DNA of 63,855 nucleotides, the filler included. It is 4 parts of 4 records of this genome, joined end to end, with 100 filler letters (N's around TTAATTAATTAA, not from the genome) between each part and the next. Parts side by side here need not be neighbours in the genome. Positions count along the whole stretch, not along the records: positions 20,273 to 34,613 come from SRR31156797_975; 3 more parts are not named here. One strand, 5' to 3'. A model generated the notes under the pieces. That model ran no database searches. It saw only the letters and a list, made by a program, of their open reading frames with translations, and was not told where the DNA came from. The translations under genes and the position numbers were made by a program. This document shows, piece by piece, positions 20,273 through 33,300 of this stretch. The first letter of the stretch is position 1. Every line of letters starts with the position of its first letter.

Positions 20273-23200
20273 AATCTGAGCAATCCCGATTCGTTGTTTC
20301 ATACCCCCCGAGAAAGAGCCGATTTTGTCGTCTTTACGATCGTACATATGTACACTTTTTAGTACATATTCCAAACGTTCGTTTCTTGTCTTGTTGTCTT
20401 TGATTCCTTTTAATATGGATTGATAATCAAGAAAATCCCAGGCCGACATATTCTCATAAGTTCCGAAGGCCTGTGGCAGATAACCGATTAATCCCTGCAG
20501 TTCTTCTCTGTATTTTTGAGTATCTTTTCCATTTATCCAGATCTTTCCGTAGCTCTGTTCCAGTATTCCGCAAATAATTCTCATCATCGTCGATTTCCCT
20601 GCACCATTAGGTCCAAGCAAGCCAAACATTCCTGTTTTTATTTCTAACGAAACGCCATTTAATGCGCGGAAAGGCTTTTTCCTTTTTCCTATAATTGGTA
20701 TTTGTCTAACCATTGTAAAATACCCTCTGCGCAAACCACTAAGCCGACCTTCTATTCTGGCGATATTTAGATTTTTTTGCTGAATGTAATCGCCTGATTT
20801 GTATATAATTAATAGTAGAAGCCAAATAATTCCTATAAAAATTACCATTCCTATATTATCCCAGCGGAGAAAGAATATAAACAGGAAAATTAATGGAGGA
20901 ACCCAAAAAACAACATTCCCAATAATCTTATTTATTTTTAGATATCCCTTTTTAGTTGTAGCCTCATATTTGTTTCTCAGTACTTGTCTTAGAGGTGTGA
21001 ACAATAAAAAACCAAGGAAATAAACGACATGAGATAAAACCCACATCCAAAGGTTGTTGTCGAGGTAGAAGAAAGTAAAGTAAACAACAAAAACGAAAAG
21101 TGGGATTTGCCAAATCAGATCGTAAAAGTCGCGAATTGATTTATAATCTTTCAGGAGGCCAGCTCGTTTTCTGATATTGATTCCCGATTTCCATTCGCGT
21201 ACAAATCTGCTATCGCGATCGTAAATTTTAACTAATCTTCTGATTTTAATTGTAATCGGTTCGTCTTCGTCGATTACTTTTGTATTGGCTTGTCGTAAAC
21301 TTGTCATAATAAATGCTGTTACTCCCGGAATTAAAATTACCAGAATCATAAAATCGAGCATCTGCCATACTAAATCGTCGACTTCAAAATAGATGTAAAT
21401 TGCACCGACAATAAAAAGTATTAACTGACCAGCTTTTAACATCCAGTTTAGCGATTTCATCCAATTCAGTGTATTTTCCAGTCCGGAATATAATGTAGGA
21501 ATAAAAACAAGAGTAAGAATTGTACTGAATGCCAGACCACCAATAACTACAATTGCGAATGGAGCTCCAATCATGCCAACATATTCCGATTGTCCCATGG
21601 CCAGCGGCATCATAGCAACGATGGTAGTTATTGCTGTAATTAAAATAGGACGAACCCTGGAAAGCCCGGCAGTGATTAATGCCCGCGATTTTCTATGGCC
21701 TCTTTTTCTGAGAATATTGGTATAGTCTATAAGAATAATACCGTTGTTTACCACAATTCCCAGTAAAATCAGAAATCCCATTAATGTATTAGCCGATAGC
21801 AAACCGTTACCTGTAAATAGTAAAGCAAGCAGAGAGCCAATTGCTGCCAATGGTATCGAAAACATTAAAACAAAAGGTGTTATTAATGATTCAAATACCG
21901 ATGCCAAAATCATTATAATTAATAAAAATGCAGCACCAATAAGAAAGTAGAATTCAGAGAATTGATCTTCTTCATGAATAACTTCGATGGCAATTCCGCT
22001 GGGAATTTTATATGAAGCAACAATTTCATCAATTTCCAGACGGTAAGCTTCCAGCAAATCTTTTGATTCTTCTGCCTCATCGACAAAACTATAAGTAACT
22101 TCAATTTGTTTTTCCTGGTTAACCCGATTTATGGATGACATACCTTCATCGTAAACAAATTCGGTAATATCATTCAAATCAAAATTAGCACCCGAGGTGT
22201 TGGTAATTTGCAATTGCTTAAGGTCGTCAATGGTTCTCTCGTTTTCTTCATCCTCTTGGTCTTCTACTTTTTCTTTAATAATAATATCATATTCTTCATC
22301 TGCTTGTTTGAAGGTCGACCCGGAAGTTATTTCGCTAGGAAAAGAACTGAGTCCGGAGGAAATGGTATTCAACGAAAGATCGTTTTCTGTAAGCAACAGT
22401 TGATCGAAAAACATATGAACCTCGGGCTGACTACGGGATATATTTGTGCTGACATTATTTATTGATTCGAGATCTTCTATGAAGTATTCCAAATCTTCAG
22501 CAACGCCACTCATTTCTTCAAAATTTTCGCCTTTAATTACGATTCGTTCCTGTTCGGTTCCAATTCCTAAAAATGAGTTGAACCCCATGGCTCCTCCACG
22601 TCCTGCGCCACCACCGTAACGTGCACTTGAAGCTGGTGCTGTAAGCTCTACGTCGGCCACCCGGATATTTCTTACTCTTTCTTCGACATCCGATTTTATT
22701 TCGTCGATTGTTCGTTCGTCAATATCAAAATAGTCTTCTTTAAGAACAACTGTCAATACAGCTTCCTCGTCTTCGATATTGGAAACTATATCTTCTTTTT
22801 CCGCAATGTCCTCAAGCCTGGCTTCTACATCCGCAACAATCTGGTCGGCTTTGTCTAAGGTTGAACCAGAAGGCATGGTGACATACACCTGGAACTGAGT
22901 CTCCTCAGCTTCTTCTAGCGTAGAAATACTAACTGCAAGCACGCCAAAAACAGTAATAAAAAATACCACAACTGCACCAATTACTGTTGCTGCAGGTTTT
23001 CTCATACTTGATTTTAAGAGCAATATATAAATCTGTAAAATCCGGTTATTTGTAGTTACTTTTTCATAAAAAATATTGTGCGACGATTTACCTTTAAGTA
23101 AGAGATGCGCACCCATTGGTATTAATAAAAGAGCAACAAATAATGAGATTACCAGCGTAGATATAATTGAGATCCCGATATGATTTCCATAAAGTTTAAT

Positions 23201-24556
23201 GTTAGCATCGCTTGAAAAAACGAAGGGTAAGAATACTGTAATTGTGGTAAGTGTTGCAGCTACAATAGATCTCCAAACTTCTTTTGTCCCCTGTACAACA
23301 GCATTTTCTGCATCGTATCTTTTTCCTGAGAGCCGATAAATATTTTCAAGAACAACCACACTGTTGTCAAGCAACATTCCGATGGCCAAAACCAGTCCAA
23401 TTAATGTTAAACTATTCAGCGAAATATTAAATGCATAAAACAAATTAAATGCTGAATAAACGGATATTGGAATGGCTAAGGTGATGAATGATACAATTTT
23501 GAAATTCTTCAGAAAAATCCAAAGAATAAATATGGCCAATAGTCCACCAACGAGAGCTAAATTAATAATCTGATTAATATTTTCCTCCATGGTTTCAGCC
23601 GTGTTAGACTGAACCACAATCTGAACATCGTACTGGGCAAGTTCTTTGTTAAGCTCTAAAATTTTATCTTCAACCCGATGTGCCAAATCAATCAGGTTTG
23701 CCTGAGAATCGCCAACCAGTGTCATACTTACCGATTCGAGTCCATTCACACGACTTATACTGGTTCTTTCTTTTACACCAAAATAAACTTCGGCAACATC
23801 TTTCAAATAAATGGGCCCATCGGCAACAACAATATTTTCAATGTCGGTTACCAGTTCGTAGTCGGCCGAAACATGCACAAAATATTCTGTTTGAGCATCG
23901 TGTACATAACCAATAAAAGTTCTTTCGGTAGCTCCATTGTTAATTGCATTTCTGATTTGCAGTGGCGTAATATTGTATGCTTCACAAACTGCTGCGTCGT
24001 ACGTAATTTCAATGGATTTTTCACTGCCGCCAAACACTGTAACAGAGGCAATTCCATCAATATTCTCGATAGGAGTTGTTATTTCCTGGTCGACAATACT
24101 TCTAATTCTGTCGGCACCTTCGCTTCCCCGAATTTGCAATTCCATGAACTGCGAGGAAAGTTGTTGGGTATTTACCCTGTTTACAATTACTGTAAAATTA
24201 TCGTCCAGCGTACCGGCAACCTGATTTATTGTTTCCTCAAGTTTTAAGTAGGTGTATTTAAAATTTACATTTTGGTTGAAACTAACCTGAATTGAAGCTG
24301 ACCGGCTGTTTATCGATGTCTCTATGCTTTCAACTCCTTCCATTGTGCCAATTGCCCCTTCGATTTGAATTACAGCCTGGTTTTCCATGTAATTCGGATC
24401 GACCTCGTTACGGGATTGAATCTGAACAAATAGCATTGGAAGTTCAGCATTTGGTATTAACTCAACTTGTAGCTTATTATAGGAAACAACGCCTAAAACG
24501 GTTAGTCCTATAAAAAGCATACTGATGAGTATTTTTCTATTTATGATGAATTTCAT
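20273..24556 (-). CDS. RND permease fused to extra TM segments and a C-terminal ABC ATPase (3'-truncated by the contig end)
   Basis: First ~1025 aa form a full RND (GMLLDNSVVVLENI; GIVVNNGII; RVRPILIT). The same frame continues into GPNGAGKST, GYLPQ, FSGGMKQRIGIAQ. Confidence 0.9.
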
Positions 24557-24574
24557 CCTTTAACAATTCTGTTA

Positions 24575-27500
24575 TTAAACTTGCTCAGCTACTGATTTCT
24601 TCACAAAAAGACCTTTAAATCTGTCTAATACATCGTAAACACAAGGAATTACTACTAATGTTAATAATGTTGATGTTACCAGACCTCCAATTACGGCCAG
24701 TGCCATTGGAGACCTAAGTGCGGCACTTTCGCCAAAACCAATAGTTAACGGTAATAATGCAAGTATGGTTGTTAAACTTGTCATAATTATTGGTCGAATT
24801 CGTTGTTGCCCGGCTTGTAAAATGGCATCTTTCCGTGGCATTCCTTCTCGTATTAACTGGTTAATTCTATCGACCAAAATGATGGAGTCGTTAACGGCAA
24901 TACCAACCAACATAATTATACCGATTACTGCCATCATGTTTAATGTTTTACCCATGATAAAGAAAGTGACCACACTTCCTACAACAGCGAGTGGAATGGT
25001 TAATAATATGGTAAATGGGTGAATCAGAGATTCGAATTGCGATGCCATAACCATATAAACGAGAACGATTGAAAGCATCAATGCAAAGCTAAGGTTACTC
25101 ATCGATTCTTGTCTTTTTTCTTCTTCACCGGTTATCAGAATATTATATTCTGGTGGCAATTGTATATCGGCGGTAATTGTTCTGATATTTGCAGCAACAT
25201 GGTCGAGAGCAACTCCTTTATCCATTTGTGCAGTTACTTTTCCAATTCGGTTTTGATTTCGGCGGTATATTTCTTTTGGTGAAACGCCATAAGTAATATC
25301 TGCGATTTCATCGAGTCTAAAAATCTGGTCTCCTGAGGTTATGGTAAGCTCATTTACTTCGGCTAACGTTTTTTCAGGGACTTTAATCGTAATATCCTGA
25401 AGTTCTCCATCTTTTTCAAGCTGACCGGCTTCGGTACCTTCCAGCTGGTTTTGCAGTTGAGAAATTACATTACTTACGTCGATGCCATAAAAACCAGCTC
25501 TTAATCGATCGACTTCTATCTCGATTTCAGGAGCCCCATTTTCGATGGAAGATTGAATATTGAAAAGACCATTCAGTTCCAACATTCTTTCTTTCACCAC
25601 GTTCACAATTTCTTCAATCTTTTCCATCTCCTCACCGCGAATTTCAACAACCAGTGGATCTTCATCGGTACCAAGAATAGATTTCAGTGCGCTTTCTTCT
25701 TTAGAAAAGCTTAATTCCAATCCTTCGATTCCGGATGCCAGGTTATTGATGGTTGTGATAACGGCATCGGAAGAAATACTTGTGTCATCTCTTAATACAA
25801 TTTTAATTTCAGCTGTATTTTCTCCCTGGAATACTGCATCTTCATCGCTTTCCAAACCAGAAGAGGGGCCACTGTGTGAATATATTAATTCCAGATCTTC
25901 ACCTAAATAATCGGTAACAATTCTTTCTATATTTTTTACGGTTGACTCTGTGCGTTCAAGTTTTGTCCCTTCCTGAAGTTTTACGTTCATTGTAAATTCG
26001 TTGGTTTCGCTTTTTGGCATAAATTCGGTACCTATTTGTGGAACCAGCAAAACCGAACCACCCACCAGAATTGTGGCAATAACAATAACAATCCATTTTG
26101 CCTTTAATACTTTTTCCAGAAAACGGCCATATCCGGTAACTTTTACCGATTTATGTTTCACAGGAATAGTTTTGTTTTTATACAGCCTGTGGTACAACAT
26201 GGGGATTAAAAATATGGCAACAAAAAGAGAAGAAATAAGTGAAAATGCCACAGTCCATGCTTCATCTTTAAACAATTCACCTGAAGCCCCGTGTATATAA
26301 ACAATTGGTAAAAAGACCACAATTGTTGTGAGGGTTGATGCAGTTATTGCGCCACCGACCTGCGATGTTCCAGTAATTGCGGCATCTTTTGCACTCATTC
26401 CGCTTTCGTGATTCCGGAAGATATTTTCCATAACAACAATGGCATTATCGACCAGCATTCCTGCACCCAGTGCCAATCCTCCCAGGGTCATTATATTAAT
26501 GGTGAGATTATTAAAGTACATGAGGTTAAATGTTGCAATTATTGAAATTGGAATTGCGACACTTACAATAAGTGTTGTACCAAAACGGCGTAAGAAAATA
26601 AATAAAATTACAACCGCCAGCAAAATTCCTAATAATGCCGATTCCTGAACCTCGCCAATTGCCTGGCTAATAAAAGTACCCTGATTCGAAACAAGAGCTA
26701 GCTTATAACCGGGAAGTGCCTTTTCAATATCGGCCAATGATTCTTTAATTTGGTCGACCGCCTTAACGGTATTGTATTGTGTTTCTTTGTAAATTGAAAG
26801 GCCAATGCATCTTTGTCCGTTGATGTGAACAATATTTGTCGGTTCTTTATTTTGAATGGAAACCGTTGCTACATCTTTCATGTAGATAGGAGCCATTTCT
26901 ATATTTGGTTGGCCTCCGTCTGTTTCTGCTCTTACCGCTTTATACCCAACAATAAGATTTTCAAAATCCTCGACTTCCTCCAATAAACTGATTCCTTTTA
27001 CTACATACTGTGTTCCAAATTCACTGATTGTTCCACCCGATACACTTTGGTTAAAATTTGCAATACGGGTGCTAATATCGCTCATGGTCAGATTTTGTGC
27101 ATCTAACCGATAGGGATCTGTTTCAATTATAATTTCACTTTCTTCTTGTCCTGAAAGATCTACTTCTGCTACTCCCTCTAACCGAACAAGTTCATTTCGG
27201 ATATAATTCTCGGCCACTTTTCTTAACTCGTTCATATCGGTAATTTCGCTGTGAGTTAAGCCAAGAACCATTACCGCGGAAGTATTTGGGTCGTGCTGAG
27301 TAATTTGCATTTCGTCTACGCTTGCACTTAATGAACTAAGCGCTTTTTGCAGATTCAGAAATGCTTCGTCCATATCTTTATCCCAGTCGTATTCAACTGT
27401 AATTTGTGCTGTACCAACTTTAGAAATGGAAGAAACCTGAATAACATCTTCTTCCTGGCTTGCAAGAGATTCAATGTCTTCAACAAATTGTTTTTCCATC

Positions 27501-27676
27501 TCTTCGGGTGGTTTCTGTCCCGACGTTATCTCAACAAATATTCGTGGAGAATTAAGGTCGGGAAATAAGTCAACACCCAGTTTATCGAATGATATATAGC
27601 CCAAAAGAATAACAGCTAAGACTACCATTAAAACGGTTACCGGGTAATTGACAGAAAATTGAGTTAATTTCTTCAT
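24575..27676 (-). CDS. RND (AcrB/AcrD/AcrF family) permease
   Basis: 1033 aa; LGVDLFPD, GMLVDNAIVVMENI, ASQFES..HPF, RIRPIIMT, GGL.TSTLLTL. Confidence 0.93.
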   Translation of the reverse strand: MKKLTQFSVNYPVTVLMVVLAVILLGYISFDKLGVDLFPDLNSPRIFVEITSGQKPPEEMEKQFVEDIESLASQEEDVIQVSSISKVGTAQITVEYDWDKDMDEAFLNLQKALSSLSASVDEMQITQHDPNTSAVMVLGLTHSEITDMNELRKVAENYIRNELVRLEGVAEVDLSGQEESEIIIETDPYRLDAQNLTMSDISTRIANFNQSVSGGTISEFGTQYVVKGISLLEEVEDFENLIVGYKAVRAETDGGQPNIEMAPIYMKDVATVSIQNKEPTNIVHINGQRCIGLSIYKETQYNTVKAVDQIKESLADIEKALPGYKLALVSNQGTFISQAIGEVQESALLGILLAVVILFIFLRRFGTTLIVSVAIPISIIATFNLMYFNNLTINIMTLGGLALGAGMLVDNAIVVMENIFRNHESGMSAKDAAITGTSQVGGAITASTLTTIVVFLPIVYIHGASGELFKDEAWTVAFSLISSLFVAIFLIPMLYHRLYKNKTIPVKHKSVKVTGYGRFLEKVLKAKWIVIVIATILVGGSVLLVPQIGTEFMPKSETNEFTMNVKLQEGTKLERTESTVKNIERIVTDYLGEDLELIYSHSGPSSGLESDEDAVFQGENTAEIKIVLRDDTSISSDAVITTINNLASGIEGLELSFSKEESALKSILGTDEDPLVVEIRGEEMEKIEEIVNVVKERMLELNGLFNIQSSIENGAPEIEIEVDRLRAGFYGIDVSNVISQLQNQLEGTEAGQLEKDGELQDITIKVPEKTLAEVNELTITSGDQIFRLDEIADITYGVSPKEIYRRNQNRIGKVTAQMDKGVALDHVAANIRTITADIQLPPEYNILITGEEEKRQESMSNLSFALMLSIVLVYMVMASQFESLIHPFTILLTIPLAVVGSVVTFFIMGKTLNMMAVIGIIMLVGIAVNDSIILVDRINQLIREGMPRKDAILQAGQQRIRPIIMTSLTTILALLPLTIGFGESAALRSPMALAVIGGLVTSTLLTLVVIPCVYDVLDRFKGLFVKKSVAEQV

Positions 27677-27708
27677 GCTAATAAATTTTTATTAGATTAC
27701 CTGGAGTC

Positions 27709-28767
27709 TTATAGTTCAACTCTAACTTTTGAACGATTGCGCAATGTTTCAAATCCTTCTGTAATTAATCTGTCATTTCTTTCAAGCCCGTCAATTACTT
27801 CAACGTATTCCTGATTTTGAAGACCAATGGTAATGATCCGCATTTCAGCAGTATTATTTCCGCTAACAATAAATACGTATTTCCCCCGATTTCCTGACAT
27901 TATAATGTCTTTCGGAATTACAATAGTACTATCGCTTTGGGCAATAATAATATCTGCTTTTACAAACATACCCGGGCGTAATTTTAATTCCGGATTGTTT
28001 ATTTCAATTGTACCTTCAAAAGTTCTTGTTTCGGTACTTATCATTGGAGATATTTCGGTTAATGTTCCTTTTAGTGTATCTTCTGTTAAAGTATAACTGG
28101 TAACAATTGCTTCCTGTCTTTCCGATACATCAGCTAACCTTTTCTCAGGAAGATTTATTTCAAGGTACATTTTGCTGTAATTCATTAAGGTTACTACTTC
28201 GGTTCCGGAAGCAACGATTGTTCCTTTTGTATAATATGGTAAGTCAACAATAATACCGTTAAAGGGAGCAATCACATCCATTTTTTTAAGGTTGATAAGG
28301 GCACTTTCGTACGATGATTGTGCATTTAACATGGAAACTTCTGAATTACGTACATCGTATTGTGTAACACCTCCTTTTTCAAATAACGATTTTTGTTTTT
28401 CATATTCATCTTTTGAAATTTCAAGGTCCAGTTCAACAGATTCCAGTCCGATGTTATTTACATATTCTTCATCATCGAGATGAACAATTACGTCGCCTGC
28501 TTTAACCTGGTCGCCCAATTTAAAAGGTTTCCCGGTTCGGGGATTATTCATTACACTAAATTTACCACGCATTTCGGTAGCCAGCGTTGTTTCATGTGTT
28601 GCTTTCGCTGTCCCCGTGGTATTAATATATTCACTAATGTTTTGAAGCGTAACATTTTCAGCCGTAACCGGAGATGCCAATTCAGTCCCCTCACTTTGAG
28701 TTTGATTGTTGCAGGATATTACAGTAGCAACAACTGCCAGAAGTAATAGTAATTTTATATTTTTCAT
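27709..28767 (-). CDS. Periplasmic adaptor / membrane fusion lipoprotein
   Basis: Lipobox ISC; IAPFNG, LRPGMFV, G.......EV..GL. Confidence 0.92.
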   Translation of the reverse strand: MKNIKLLLLLAVVATVISCNNQTQSEGTELASPVTAENVTLQNISEYINTTGTAKATHETTLATEMRGKFSVMNNPRTGKPFKLGDQVKAGDVIVHLDDEEYVNNIGLESVELDLEISKDEYEKQKSLFEKGGVTQYDVRNSEVSMLNAQSSYESALINLKKMDVIAPFNGIIVDLPYYTKGTIVASGTEVVTLMNYSKMYLEINLPEKRLADVSERQEAIVTSYTLTEDTLKGTLTEISPMISTETRTFEGTIEINNPELKLRPGMFVKADIIIAQSDSTIVIPKDIIMSGNRGKYVFIVSGNNTAEMRIITIGLQNQEYVEVIDGLERNDRLITEGFETLRNRSKVRVEL

Positions 28768-28787
28768 TGTATAAGTTATTTTCTAGG

Positions 28788-30290
28788 TTAATTATTTTCG
28801 TTTATATACAAATCTGCCGGCATAATTGGCCGATTGGTTTCAAAATCGTATAACGATTGAATTTTAAGGTTTAACAATTCTAATTTATAATTTACTTGAG
28901 CCTGGGAGTAAGAGATTTGAGCATCAGATAATTGAGTTTGATATTGACTTAATTCCATACCTGTTAGTTCTCCGTTGTTATATCTTTCGTTACTTAAATC
29001 GTAAGTAAGCTGTGCGTTTTTTACGTTTTGTTCGGCAATTTGTATTTGTCTCCATTGATTTTGTAAACTACGATACACCTCACGAATGGAGATTATAATA
29101 TCTTTTTCCTGTTCTTCATAATCGATTTGGATAGATTCCATAGCTGCTTCCTGTGCGGCAACCCTGGCCTTTTTCTCTCCCCAGTCGAAAATTGGAATAT
29201 TAAATGAAACACCTACCGAAGGGCTTTTGGTAGGATTGTCGTACAAATTATTTAAAGCAGGGTTGTCGCCTGTTAAACCTAACCGCAAGTTCATTTGTCC
29301 CGAAAATTCATTACTTGCTTTTGTTTGTATCATCTGAAACTGGCTGGTTTCGATATCAATTTCTCTTTGGCGCAATTCCATCCGGTTTGCTAATCCATTT
29401 TCTATGGCTTTTTCTAATTCAACCGAAATGGCTTGCTCTGTGGTGAGTACTAAATCTAATATTGTAAAGTCCTGATATAAATCCATGCCCAGTGTTAACT
29501 TCAACTGGTCTTTTGCATTTTCGTAAGTAACGGATTGTTGTTCAACCGACGATTGTGCCTGCATCAGGTTTAGTTCTGCCTGGTATAATTCTTCCATAGC
29601 AACTAGTCCTGCGTCTGCTTTATTTTTTACAATATCATAATTTGCTTGTGTATTCGCCAATTCATCATTTGCAATATTCAGGTTTCTTTGTTCCATATAA
29701 ACCAAGTAGAATTGCTGGGTAACATTTCTTTCCATGTTTAAACGTTGTAAAGCATAACTAATATTTGCGTTTTCATATGTCAGCTCTAACTCCTTTAGTT
29801 CCATTTTTTGTCGGTTGTAGGTAAATAACGGCTGATTATAACTTAAGTACAATTCATTCGAAAACACTTCGCTTTCTGAATCATTTGCTGAAGAATTACT
29901 GCTCTGCCAGCCAAATGTATTATTGAGCGAGATTGTTCCATCGGAGAAAAGGATGGGTTGTGAAACAGTAAAAGTTGTATTCGTTTCAAGAGTCTCGTTC
30001 GTGTACCACTCCGAAACTCTTGTATCGAACTGTCTTCTTTGACTATAATTTACAGGATTTAAAGTTAAAGAGAATCTTGACTTCAAGGCAGCTCTTTGAG
30101 CCTCTAAACTTTTTTGTCTTTGTTCAATGTTTAGTTTAGATTGTTTTATACTTGGACTTTGTGTTTCGGCATACTCCAATGCTTTTGCAAGGGTAAGCAT
30201 TTCCTGTGCATTTATTCCAGACACGGTGAATGTCAAAATAAACCCTATTATTACAATCTTAAGTAACGGTTTAAGTTTTAATAAATTCAT
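28788..30290 (-). CDS. TolC-family outer membrane factor
   Basis: Signal peptide, QP(L/I)F and IPIFDWG repeats, RY..G motif. Confidence 0.9.
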   Translation of the reverse strand: MNLLKLKPLLKIVIIGFILTFTVSGINAQEMLTLAKALEYAETQSPSIKQSKLNIEQRQKSLEAQRAALKSRFSLTLNPVNYSQRRQFDTRVSEWYTNETLETNTTFTVSQPILFSDGTISLNNTFGWQSSNSSANDSESEVFSNELYLSYNQPLFTYNRQKMELKELELTYENANISYALQRLNMERNVTQQFYLVYMEQRNLNIANDELANTQANYDIVKNKADAGLVAMEELYQAELNLMQAQSSVEQQSVTYENAKDQLKLTLGMDLYQDFTILDLVLTTEQAISVELEKAIENGLANRMELRQREIDIETSQFQMIQTKASNEFSGQMNLRLGLTGDNPALNNLYDNPTKSPSVGVSFNIPIFDWGEKKARVAAQEAAMESIQIDYEEQEKDIIISIREVYRSLQNQWRQIQIAEQNVKNAQLTYDLSNERYNNGELTGMELSQYQTQLSDAQISYSQAQVNYKLELLNLKIQSLYDFETNRPIMPADLYINENN

Positions 30291-30309
30291 TTTTATTGTT
30301 TTTATTGTA

Positions 30310-33300
30310 TTATAGCTTTACAAATTTTACTGCATCGGCGTAGACCGAACTCAGTTTCGTGTCATTGGATAGTTCAATAATTGCAGTTCCTTCAGAGAAA
30401 CCAAATGTTCCTATCGGATTCCATCCTTCTTCTGTGTCGTTAGGGTTTAAAAGTTGTTCAACAGCACCATCATTACAGTGTATTGTAAAATGATAATCTC
30501 CGCTTTGACTTCCACCGAACCTAAAGCCACCTCTTCCACCTCTTCCTCTCATCATTGGATTGTTAAACATGTGATAGTGAACTTCATATGTGCCTGCTTC
30601 TTTAATGGGTACGTTCCATTTTGCCACTTGTGAACCATCGCCACTACTTACATAATACCCGGAAAGGATATAATTTCCATAAAACGCTGTATTTGTAATT
30701 GCGGTCCAGCTTGTAGGAGGTCTCCAGTTATTTATTCCTTCATATTTTAAGCTGCTTTCATCTTCTGTTATTAACCATTTCTCCAGCAGGCTTTCTTTTT
30801 TATTGTTTGTAATTTCGAAACCCGGATCTTCGTTATCAACGATAATCTCTCCGGGTTGTATTTTAAGAACCGGACTATCTGAAATTTTTTGACCTTCAAC
30901 CGGGGTTATTCTGGTGTCTTCTTCAATTTCCCTGAAATTCTCGGTTAATACCTGTGGAATATTTTGTGAAGTCATGGTATTTACCATTACCATTCGGGGC
31001 TCGGCATCTAAAATAAAGCTAACTTCTTTTGATTGATGTGGTTCCAGATAAATTAATTCGTTTACCATATCACTGGATCCACCGCCGCCACCTCGGCCCA
31101 TTCCCGGGAAACCGCCGCCACTGCTAAGCATAAATGATAACTTAATTAATCCTTCAGTTTCTGAGAAATTGGTTGCCTTAAGCGAAATCATTGTTTTCAT
31201 CATTTCGCCCGATTTAACTTTAACGGCATCGATTGGTGAAACAAGGAATCCAGGTAAATCTTTAGCGGTAAACCAATCGTCCATTACCGGAATTAATTCA
31301 ATACCAAATTCTTCTTTTAGCTTCTGGTCAAATTCTTCAAATGAGATATTTTTAAACCGGTACTCTTTTAGTATTTTTTGCAGAAATTCAGAAAACTCTT
31401 CTTCTCCTGCTTCGTATTGAATTTTGGAGAATAAATAATCGCCCTTTAATTTAATTACATCGTTTATAATATCTTTCTGTTCAATATCTGCTAAGATCTC
31501 TTCAAATGTATTTTCCTGTAATGCAATATTTGCTTTTTCTTCTCCGCTTAAACCTGTCATATTGCTCATGAAAATTGATCTGACATCAATATCCTGATTT
31601 TTAATATATGCTTCAAATACCCTGTTGGTAATTGGCCAGGAATCTGATTGTATATTATTTTGGAAATTATAAAAAAGCGGGAAAATAAAATACGGATTTT
31701 TTTCCTGATTAATACTGCCTGGCATTGGTGGCCCGCCCATCATCATTCCTCCGCCAAAACTGGTAGATTCTTCTTCTGTAAAGTTCCTTGTCATGCGCCC
31801 CAATACACTAATTTGAACATCCTTGGGAGACATTGCTCCTCCACGGTTTCCAAATCGTTCCATCCTTTTTTTAGTACCTTCAAAATCAAATTCCCCAATC
31901 ATATAACCTTTTTCAGGAATTAAAATTTGTTCGGGCTGAATGTTTTCTTGCAACGATGTCCACGAACGTTCATAGGTTTTCATTTGAGCGGGGACTTCAA
32001 CCAGCGATAACCTGTCGAAAGCATATTCCAGATTATATGTTCTTTCGAAATCTTCGAGGTATTCGTTAATAATACTTGGAATGGTATCGGAAATTTCAGT
32101 AAAAATTCCGGAAAAAAAATCGTGACCTTCGATAATCCAAATGCCATATTCTAAATTATCGGTTTCAAATTTTTTATATTCATAATTACCGATTGTGAGG
32201 GAAAGCTGTGTTAGTGAATTTTCATTATCAAATGTAAACTGTCCGGTTTCTGTTTCAGTTATTTTACCTTGCGAGATGGCTTTTAATCCGGGTTCTGTTT
32301 TAACTTTTAAATTATAATCGACAAATTGGTTATGGCTCCAGCTAACATCTTCTGAACTATATGTTACACCTGCTTTGGGGTACCAGGAAGACTCGGGTGT
32401 TAACATCACATAATCGGGAGTCAGAAAAGCGTAACGTTTATCAACATTAATTACAAATTTTCCATATTTCTCCTGAATAGTTTCTTCGTCGATGTCTAAA
32501 TAACACAGATTTTCATCAATCTTACCAGAGTAGTTAAAAATAACTTTTGATTCTTCTCCCGGACTCAGGTTAACGCCTTCTGAAATAAAAATTAAATGAT
32601 TTTCTCTTTTAAATTGAACCTCTTTTCCGTTATATTCAATTTTTGAAATTTTCAGTCCGGTATTTAAATTAAAGATCAATTGATTTAGAACTACATCGTT
32701 TTCGTTTTTAATCTCCATTTCAGAAGTTACTCCAATTGTTGCACCCTGATGTTCTAAATTTATTGTGTGGGTTAAAACTATTGGCAGCTTTTCTTTTACA
32801 TATTTATTGTTGAGTTCAATCGCACTTATTCGTTGTTCTTCTTTTTGTTTAAATTGATCGATGTGTCTGAATGCGAAATAACTACCAATGCCAATAAACA
32901 ACACACTAAAAATGAGGGATACATATGTCATTGTTTCGGATTGTGGTAGCCTTTTTAGCAGGAAAATAGTAAGAAAAATAAATCCGGTTCCAAGAAATAA
33001 ATAAATTCCCCTGTGATTTAGTATTACATCGGTATTTCCAAAGCCAACGATATCGGAACTCAGCATTGGAATATTGTAGGCCATGTAATCGAAAATATAA
33101 TAGAATTTTGCCTGCAGCAGGAACAGTGTAATTCCAATATATCCTAATACAAGTACAAATGTAATTGCTTGGTTTCTAATTACACTCATTAAAAGAAACG
33201 ATAATCCCATTATAAATATTAATGTGGGCACACTGATGGCAACCAGGTAAAAACCGTAGGAAATCCAGTTAACTGATGTATTTTGAGCAAGCATATTAAA

